A stretch of DNA of 64,000 nucleotides from an uncultured Enterobacteriaceae bacterium (lineage in GTDB: Bacteria; Myxococcota_A; UBA9042). Positions 57,769-64,000 of the stretch are shown here, one piece after another. A program made the translations under genes and the position numbers. Below the pieces are notes generated by a model, which saw only the letters and a list, made by a program, of their open reading frames with translations, searched no databases and was not told where the DNA came from. The stretch's first letter is position 1. Each line of letters opens with the position of its first letter. The stretch is from positions 78,275 through 142,274 of the forward strand of contig CAZPHC010000012.1 in the NCBI GenBank assembly GCA_964586155.1, in the 5' to 3' direction.

Positions 57769-60219
57769 TCAGTTGCGCGTCGGATCGACGCCGCGACCGC
57801 GCACCAACAGCGAATTGCCGATGAAGCGGACGTCGACGCGGCCGCGCGGGTCGAGGCCGCCGAGCTCGGCGTCGATGCGATCGAGCGCCGCGTCGATGGC
57901 GCGCTCGAGGCCCGTCACGCCTTCGTCGCTGAGGCCGTCGAGCACGAGCACGGCGCGCGCGATCGCCTTGCGCAGGTCGGCGCGGACGCTGCGTTGCCCG
58001 ACCTGGCCCTCCATGGCCTCGGCGAGCAGGCGGGCCAGGGCCACGCCGTCGAGCGGCTGCAGGCGCGGCCGACCGTCGAGCACGGCCCAGGCGACCGCGG
58101 TGGCGAGCATGGCCGAGATGTCGATGTCCGCGGCCCGCTCCTCGAGCTCGAGGTCGATCCGGGCCAGGGTCGCGGCGAGGGAGCCGTCGCTGGCGAACTC
58201 GAGCATCGTCAGCACCGCGTCGAGCCTCGCCATCGCCTCGGCCGCGACCCGCAGCTCGGTGGCGCTCTCGTAGGGCCGCATGCCGGCGCGCTCGGCGCGC
58301 TCCTGGTCGAAGCGCTCTTCGTCGGCGGCGGCGTCGGCTCGCTCCTGGGCCTCGTCGGGGTCGATCAGGCCGTCGTCGTCGTCTGCGCCGTCACCTGCGC
58401 CGTAGAAGGGGCTGGTGCCGTCGTCCTCGGCGTCGGCGATCGGCGACTTCACGGCCGCAGCGGCGGCGCGGATCTTCTCGGCCGAGGTCGAGCCCGCGGC
58501 GGCGGCGACGAGCTCGTCGGCGCGCGCCGGCCACATCGGCAGCGGGCGCAGCAGGCCGCGCACGATCGCGCCGTCGGCACCGTCGAACATGCTGGCGCGG
58601 TTGGCGCCGCCGAGGCGACGGCGCAGCGCCACGGCGCGGTGGTGCAGCAGCACGACTTGGCCGTGGCCGATGGCGAAGAGCCGCTCGACCGGCTCGGTGG
58701 TCAGCAGCACGGCGCCGCGCTCGACGCTCTCGCGGGCGGCAAAACGCAGGCCGAGGTCGATCGTGCACAGGGCCCAGCGCGCGTGCAGCTGCAGCGCCTC
58801 GGTGTCGGCCATGTGCTCGGCGAGCGCGGCCTGCAGGCGGTAGGCGGCGAAGCAGAGCGCGGTCTGCACCCGCGCGGCCTCGGCCAGCGGCAGCAGCGCG
58901 GCGGCGGCGGCGAGGAAGACCGGTTCCGGCGCGCCGCGCAGGGCCAGATCTGTGCGCTCGGCGGGCACGTCGGTCTCGGCGTCGGGCAGGTACGGACGCA
59001 GGGTCGCGGGCTGGACGTCGCCGAGGCCCGACAACCGCTGCTCGATCTCGGTGCGCGCGGTGTCCGGATCGACGAAGGCGAAGAGCTCCATCGCCTCGTC
59101 GCGCGGCATCATGCCGAGGTCGCCGAGCCGCCGGCCGCGCGTCTCGTGCAGGTCCTCGAGCAGCGACATCGGCAGCTCCCAGCGCAGCGCGCGCAGGACG
59201 CGGCGGCCGCGCTCGATCGAGGTGCGGAACAGGCTGTCGACGATGGCGCGGATCGGCCCGACGGCAGTGTCGGTGGCGTCCACGGCGATCTGCATGTGGC
59301 CGTCGGGCGCAGAAAACACGTCCCAATCCTGCGGCGCGCCTTCTTCGGCGTCCTCGAAGCCCTCGAAGATCCGGGCGTGGCCGAACAGGAACGACGTGAT
59401 CACGCCGTCTTCTTGGGCGACCAGGAAGCGGTCGACGACCTCGTCGCCTGCCGCGACCGCCACCGCGAGCAGGTGCGCGAACGAGCGCTTGTCGAGGTCG
59501 TCGCGGCGCCAGGCCATCAAGTCGACGATGACCTGCAGTTGCCGCGCGCTGGCCAGGGCGAAGAGCTCCGGGCCGTCCGAGAGGCCGATCTCGTCGAGCA
59601 GGAAGACCAGCTCCTCGGCCGGCAGCGCCTGGATGCAGGCGCGCGGATCGGGCAGCGACAGCAGCCAGTCGAGCTTGCCGGAGCCGGTCAGGGCGTGGAA
59701 CTCCGCCGGCAGGCGCGACAGGCCGAAGGCGCGCGGCCCGCCGTGGACCATCGGCGCGAGCGCCACGGCCCGGGCCTCGGGCGCGTCGTCGAAGGGGTCG
59801 GGGGCGAAGGTCGTGTCGCGGATCGACTCGATGACGTAGAGCGCTTCGTCCTCGGGCTCGAGGCCGCTGTCAGGGTCGCCGTGCAGCACCAGGAACGCGT
59901 CGGGATCGTCCCCCAGCAGGGCCACGCTGCTCGGCGAGCGCACGCGGGCCAGCAGCCCCGCCTTGGGCTCGGCGTCGGGCGCGGGCGCGACAAGGTCGCC
60001 ATCGGCGTCGTCTTCTTCATCGAGATCTGGGGCGGCGTCCGCCGCGCGCCCAGGGACGACGCTGGCGACCGGCTCGATTCCCTTGCGCGCGGCGGCGACT
60101 GCAGCCTCGGCGGCGGCTTCGGCGTTGCGGCGCAGGCGCTGTGCCTCGGTGTCGGCGTCGCGCGGGGCGCGGCGCACCTTGGCGGCTGCGGCTCGGCGCA
60201 GGCGATCGGCGTCGCTCAT
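57769..60219 (-). CDS. Large acidic hypothetical protein (816 aa)
   Basis: Internal ATG (MSDADRLRRAAAAK) with GGAG 7 nt upstream. Asp/Glu/Ala/Leu-rich. No family recognised. An SCP2 gene follows downstream on the same strand. Confidence 0.55.
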   Translation of the reverse strand: MSDADRLRRAAAAKVRRAPRDADTEAQRLRRNAEAAAEAAVAAARKGIEPVASVVPGRAADAAPDLDEEDDADGDLVAPAPDAEPKAGLLARVRSPSSVALLGDDPDAFLVLHGDPDSGLEPEDEALYVIESIRDTTFAPDPFDDAPEARAVALAPMVHGGPRAFGLSRLPAEFHALTGSGKLDWLLSLPDPRACIQALPAEELVFLLDEIGLSDGPELFALASARQLQVIVDLMAWRRDDLDKRSFAHLLAVAVAAGDEVVDRFLVAQEDGVITSFLFGHARIFEGFEDAEEGAPQDWDVFSAPDGHMQIAVDATDTAVGPIRAIVDSLFRTSIERGRRVLRALRWELPMSLLEDLHETRGRRLGDLGMMPRDEAMELFAFVDPDTARTEIEQRLSGLGDVQPATLRPYLPDAETDVPAERTDLALRGAPEPVFLAAAAALLPLAEAARVQTALCFAAYRLQAALAEHMADTEALQLHARWALCTIDLGLRFAARESVERGAVLLTTEPVERLFAIGHGQVVLLHHRAVALRRRLGGANRASMFDGADGAIVRGLLRPLPMWPARADELVAAAAGSTSAEKIRAAAAAVKSPIADAEDDGTSPFYGAGDGADDDDGLIDPDEAQERADAAADEERFDQERAERAGMRPYESATELRVAAEAMARLDAVLTMLEFASDGSLAATLARIDLELEERAADIDISAMLATAVAWAVLDGRPRLQPLDGVALARLLAEAMEGQVGQRSVRADLRKAIARAVLVLDGLSDEGVTGLERAIDAALDRIDAELGGLDPRGRVDVRFIGNSLLVRGRGVDPTRN

Positions 60220-60325
60220 GGCGTCACTCCAGGGGATCAGGGTCCAGACGGCGGAGGGCGAGCGGGACGCAGCCCAAGGACGCCCACGCAAGCACGCAGC
60301 GAGGGTGCCGGCAAGGGCAACGCGC

Positions 60326-60949
60326 TCAGGGGTCGAGCAGCAGCGCGGCGGCGCGCGTCACGAGCGAGAGGTCGCCGTCGATGCGCAGGCTGCCGCCCTT
60401 GAGGATGGCGCGGGCGTCAGCGCGGCTGGCGATCCAACCCGCGGCCTGGTCGGCGTCGACACGCACCGTCACCGTCGCCTGCTCGAAGGCGGGTGTGCCG
60501 CCGCCAAAGGTGATGACGATACGGTGGGTCTCGCCGAACGTCTTGTCGTGCAGCTCGATGGCGACGCTGCCGGCGAGCTTCGAGAGCGCGCGCGCCCGAT
60601 CGTCACGCACCGGCAGCCGCGAGAGGTTGGGGATCTGCCGCGGCTTGCCGAGCCTGGCCATGATCTCGAGGCCGCGATCGCGCAGCGATCCGGCGACGAA
60701 CTCGCGCAGCGTGGCGCGCTCGAGCGTCACCTGGCAGATGGGATCGGCCGCGGCGCCCTCGTGGACCTCGAGCCGCCCGTCGACCAGGCGGCTGCTCCAG
60801 GTGCCTCCGCCGGTGCCGAGGATGTGGACGACCGTCGCCTGCGACAGCGTCGCCTGCGGCAAGCGCACCGGCAGGTCGCGCGCGATCTCGCCGAAGATCT
60901 TGGCCGGCGACGTCGAGCGCGGCAGGCCCCAGAACTCGTCTGCGTTCAT
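60326..60949 (-). CDS. SCP2 sterol-binding domain protein
   Basis: 207 aa with an SCP2-like hydrophobic tunnel pattern and a C-terminal GGSLRIDGDLSL. Weak RBS. Confidence 0.6.
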   Translation of the reverse strand: MNADEFWGLPRSTSPAKIFGEIARDLPVRLPQATLSQATVVHILGTGGGTWSSRLVDGRLEVHEGAAADPICQVTLERATLREFVAGSLRDRGLEIMARLGKPRQIPNLSRLPVRDDRARALSKLAGSVAIELHDKTFGETHRIVITFGGGTPAFEQATVTVRVDADQAAGWIASRADARAILKGGSLRIDGDLSLVTRAAALLLDP

Positions 60950-61023
60950 CGTGAACCTGTTCAGCTGCGGCCTTGGGAGCCAGTGGGGTCACGACGCGAC
61001 GCCCACGCTCGCAGGACCTGGAC

Positions 61024-62403
61024 TCAGAACACCGCGGGTCCGTCGGACGGCTTCTTCACCGGCGGCTTGGCCACTGGCTCTTCCTCACGCGGCTTGGGCC
61101 GGGGCTTGGGCCGGCGCGGCTTGTCGTCCTCGACCACGGGCGCCACGGTGGGCGTCGCCTCGATGTAGACCGGCACCTCGCGCTCGACGACCTGGACCTC
61201 GGTCTTGGTCACCGTCTCCTTGACCGTCTTGGTCACGGTGTTGGTCTTGGTCACGATCTCGGGGTCGCGGGTCAAGAACCACGCCGCGGCGCCGCCGGCG
61301 CAGATGATGACCGCGACGGCGACGATGATCGCCGTGCGCAGCGTGCGGCGGCGCTTCTCGGCGGCCTGCTGCGCCGCGCGCGAGGCGGCGGCGGCTTCTT
61401 CGGCCCGACGCCGCGCCTCTTCGGCGGCCGCGGCCTCTTCTTCGGCGATGCGCTTTTTTTCGAGCAGCTTGCGCTTCTCGTCCTCGACCTGCTGCTTGGT
61501 CTTCTCGCTCTGGGTCTTGGCCTCCAAGATCTCCTTGAGGTACCCAGCGGTCTCGGCGGTGAAGTGGACGGTGCCGCGGTCGTCGTCGGCGTTGGCCGCC
61601 ATGACCTCGGCCAGCAGGACCTGGGCGTCAGCGGGGCGGTCGCCGGGGCGCTTCTTGAGCGCGCGCTGCAGCACCAACTCGACCGGTGGCGCGAGGTCGG
61701 TGTCCGGGTTGGCCTGGCGCGGGCTCGGAGCCGCCGCCGTGCCGTGCTTGCGGCGGATCTCGGCCGGGTCTGCCGCGGCGAACGGCACGTCTCCGACGAG
61801 CATCTCGTAGAAGATGATGCCGAGCGCGTACACGTCGGCGCGCGCCGGCTGCATCGTCCGGGTCTTGACCGAGCCCGAGAGCTCGGGCGCCTCGTAGCGG
61901 GCCTCGTAGGCTTCGGTGCCTTGGACCTCGGACGCGTCGAGCAACACGAGATCGCCGGTCTCGTCGGGGACCAGGCGCACATGGCGCGGCGTCAGGCCAC
62001 CGTGGCCGCGGCCGGCGCCATGTCGCTCCTCGAGCGCGCGACAGAGCTTGCGCAGCAGACCGATCGCCTTCTCAGCGTGCAGTGGCTCACGCAGGATGAT
62101 CTCGTCGAGGCCGACACCGGGCAACATGACGCCGCTGACGCCGCTCGGTGACGCGTCGTAGGCGACGGTGGCCTGGTGGCGGTGGCTGCCAGTGCGCGAG
62201 AAATCCACGCCGAATTGCGTGACGGTCTCGCGACCGGTCAGGTCCGCGGTGTGGCCGAACGTGGTCGGGTTGCGGTCCCGGCGGGAGGGACCTGCGAGCC
62301 GCGACGGCAGCACGGCGCGATTGGTCGGCGGTGGTGGAGCGCCGACACCGCTACCGGGTGGTGTTCCGTTTGGGTCTTTCGGGTCGGACACGTTGCTCCC
62401 CAT
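61024..62403 (-). CDS. Degenerate Ser/Thr protein kinase-like protein (C-lobe only; HRD replaced by HGG, DFG by DAS) with coiled-coil, TM helix and Pro/Lys-rich tail
   Basis: C-lobe motifs HGGLTPRHVRL, APE (YEAPELSG) and DVYALGIIFYEMLVG are present. The Gly-loop and VAIK Lys are absent. Glu-rich coiled coil, then TM helix (IIVAVAVIICAGGAAAWFL). The alternative TTG start at 62472 is listed in the ORF track. Confidence 0.65.
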   Translation of the reverse strand: MGSNVSDPKDPNGTPPGSGVGAPPPPTNRAVLPSRLAGPSRRDRNPTTFGHTADLTGRETVTQFGVDFSRTGSHRHQATVAYDASPSGVSGVMLPGVGLDEIILREPLHAEKAIGLLRKLCRALEERHGAGRGHGGLTPRHVRLVPDETGDLVLLDASEVQGTEAYEARYEAPELSGSVKTRTMQPARADVYALGIIFYEMLVGDVPFAAADPAEIRRKHGTAAAPSPRQANPDTDLAPPVELVLQRALKKRPGDRPADAQVLLAEVMAANADDDRGTVHFTAETAGYLKEILEAKTQSEKTKQQVEDEKRKLLEKKRIAEEEAAAAEEARRRAEEAAAASRAAQQAAEKRRRTLRTAIIVAVAVIICAGGAAAWFLTRDPEIVTKTNTVTKTVKETVTKTEVQVVEREVPVYIEATPTVAPVVEDDKPRRPKPRPKPREEEPVAKPPVKKPSDGPAVF

Positions 62404-62573
62404 CAGGACAACTTGGATCCGCGCGTTCGGGCGGCCCGCGCGAGTGTACCGCCGACCCGCGAGCCATGACAACGGCAGCGCGGGTTTCTGCTGGTTTCAC
62501 AGCCCTACGCTGGTTGCAGATGCGATCACGTCCTCGCCGCTGACGAGGGCCGCCGACGAGTGCCTGGCGTGGC

Positions 62574-64000
62574 TCAGGGCGGCGCCCCAGCCGACGCGGC
62601 CCCCGGGCCGGGCTGCTCGCCGGGCTGCTCGCCGGGCTGCTCGCCGGGCTGCTCGCCGGGCTCTTGGTTCGTGCCGGGCCTGGCCGGCAGCGCCCGCAAC
62701 AGCGCCCTCGCCTCGTCGCCGGTCGGCGGAGGCCGACGCGCGGTGCCACGGCGGACGTCCGGGGTCGAGGGGCGCGAAGAGGCGTCCTTGGCGTCGGGCT
62801 CGCCGTCGTGCTGCGGATCGCAGCGTGCGACGACGAAGAACGCGCTGTCGTTGGACAGCAGCCGGCACGACCAGCTGCGGATGGTCGCGAAGTTCGCGTC
62901 GCCACGATCACGCAGCGTCTTGCTGACCGAGCGCAGCTTGCCCTCGACACCGCCGCGCCGGCCGCGCTCCATCAGCACATAGAGCGTCTTGCCCTTGTTC
63001 ATCTCGCGCAGGTACGGCTCGAACTGCTCGGCCTCCTTGTTGATCGGGCGGATCTCGTTGTTGGAGTACATCGTCTCGCCGCGCCACGTGATCAGCCACG
63101 AGATGATGTCTTCGGAGCAGACGCGCTTGGGCTTGCTGTCGAAGAAGCCGACCAGGCCGTCCAGCCCCGCGCGCGCGATGAGCGGCGTATACGCCTCGAC
63201 GATCGGCTCGGGCTGCGGCAGCGGCGTGCAGTCGTCGTAGTAGGCCTCGAAGAGGTAGCGCTGCGACCACGACGGCGTCAGCGACGGCATGTAGACGTTC
63301 AAGGTCCAGAGCGCGAGCAGCACGGCGGTCGCCGTCATCGCCACACGCATCGCCGAGAGGCCGCGCCGCCACAGGCCGACGAGCACCAGCAGGGCCGCCG
63401 CGCCGCCGATCCAGGGCACGAACGTGCCGTAGCGCAGCCACGCCTGCTGCAACAGCAGGGCCGTCGTCTCGCCGACGTACTTGCCGAAGGGCTGATCGCG
63501 CCACGGCAGCAGGGGCTCGGCGTCCGAGCGCCACTTGACCACCTCGTCCCAATCGAGCGGCAGGTTGTCGGGCAGCGGCCGGTCGTATTTGTAGGTGAAC
63601 ATGTTGCGCAGGCTCTGCGGCTCGTCGATCAACGTCACCAGGACCGCGAGCGCCAGGCCCGTCGCGAGCAGCAGCTGCAGCCGGCGGGCCCGGTCGCCGA
63701 GTCGGTCGAGGTCCAGCAAGTAGAAGCCGACCAACATGCCCAGCGCCGGCGCCGCGGGCAGGATGTAGTGGTGGAACTTGGTCGACGAGACCGTGAACAC
63801 GGCGAACGCGACCGCGAACCAGACAAAGACGAACGAGCGCATCGCCTGGCCGCGTTCGGAGTCGACGCCCGCGGCGAGCACACGGGGCGGCCGCGCGATC
63901 GAGACCAGGGCCATCGGCACCAGCGCCGTCCAGGGGAACAGGCCGTAGGCGAGCCACTCGATGAAGTGCTCGAACGTGCCCTGGTCGATCTGGTGCACGC
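62574..64000 (-). CDS. Polytopic membrane protein (possible GT-C glycosyltransferase-like), 3' part; N-terminus beyond window end; PGEQ x4 tail
   Basis: The frame stays open to position 64000, so the ORF-track start at 63998 is internal. TM helices, then a soluble domain and a Pro/Gly/Glu/Gln repeat tail. Confidence 0.5.
   Translation of the reverse strand, partial: VHQIDQGTFEHFIEWLAYGLFPWTALVPMALVSIARPPRVLAAGVDSERGQAMRSFVFVWFAVAFAVFTVSSTKFHHYILPAAPALGMLVGFYLLDLDRLGDRARRLQLLLATGLALAVLVTLIDEPQSLRNMFTYKYDRPLPDNLPLDWDEVVKWRSDAEPLLPWRDQPFGKYVGETTALLLQQAWLRYGTFVPWIGGAAALLVLVGLWRRGLSAMRVAMTATAVLLALWTLNVYMPSLTPSWSQRYLFEAYYDDCTPLPQPEPIVEAYTPLIARAGLDGLVGFFDSKPKRVCSEDIISWLITWRGETMYSNNEIRPINKEAEQFEPYLREMNKGKTLYVLMERGRRGGVEGKLRSVSKTLRDRGDANFATIRSWSCRLLSNDSAFFVVARCDPQHDGEPDAKDASSRPSTPDVRRGTARRPPPTGDEARALLRALPARPGTNQEPGEQPGEQPGEQPGEQPGPGAASAGAPP
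62608..62667 (-). repeat. 12-bp x4 (plus a degenerate fifth) tandem repeat gccgggctgctc encoding (PGEQ)4
   Basis: Seen directly in the sequence. Confidence 0.85.

Noticed and set aside
61024-62472. Annotation as an active Hanks-type Ser/Thr kinase.
   Set aside because: The Gly-rich loop, the VAIK Lys and the catalytic Asp of HRD are all missing, so this is at most a pseudokinase.
63998-64000. The listed Met at 63998 as the start of the last minus-strand gene.
   Set aside because: The frame remains open to the window edge and the first residues lie within a TM helix, so the gene continues beyond position 64000.

Overview
This 64-kb window is a very GC-rich (~70% GC) chromosomal segment with the coding style of a myxobacterium: third codon position strongly G/C, many lipoproteins with a lipobox Cys, and Asp/Thr/Gly-rich tandem linkers. 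I could support 43 protein-coding genes, two of them cut by the window edges. I found no rRNA, tRNA, CRISPR array or transposase/integrase.

The six-frame ORF track is dominated by artefacts of the GC content: Arg-rich shifted frames and G/V/A/D/E/R-rich antisense frames. I chose real frames by recognisable protein families, signal peptides and Shine-Dalgarno spacing, and moved starts to internal ATG/GTG codons with an RBS where the listed ORF was over-extended.

Recognisable genes are a GNAT acetyltransferase; an RNA 2',3'-cyclic phosphodiesterase (thpR); an MBOAT O-acyltransferase with an AlgX/AlgJ-like SGNH partner and a DUF985 cupin; dapF; a B12-binding radical SAM enzyme directly followed by a cytochrome P460-like lipoprotein with a CXXCH heme motif; a stand-alone HNH endonuclease; purE-purK; an M48 peptidase; a metallophosphoesterase; an imidazolonepropionase-like amidohydrolase; a 1-Cys peroxiredoxin; a Dam-family N6-adenine methyltransferase translationally coupled to an unknown upstream gene; a truncated haemoglobin; an OPT transporter; a HEAT-repeat protein; an SCP2 protein; and a degenerate Ser/Thr kinase that has only the C-lobe.

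The most unusual content is a large set of secreted proteins and lipoproteins. Three paralogous NHL-repeat lipoproteins sit with a beta-propeller lipoprotein in two divergent, translationally coupled operons, and a second beta-propeller paralogue lies elsewhere. One giant 2741-aa lipoprotein carries dozens of myxobacterial Cys-rich repeats and ends in RCC1-like repeats. Two large paralogous lipoproteins share an uncharacterised ~550-aa C-terminal module with a conserved DCRC...FGEGPR core. A four-gene run encodes two beta-barrel-like proteins followed by two lipoproteins.

Regulatory candidates I can see directly are a triple direct repeat just upstream of thpR, an AT-rich intergenic island with a near-consensus sigma70 promoter and a short hairpin plus U-tract terminator, and imperfect palindromes in two promoter regions.

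All coordinates come from the ORF track plus manual reading. In a few places my single-nucleotide reading of the printed sequence may be off by 1-3 nt.
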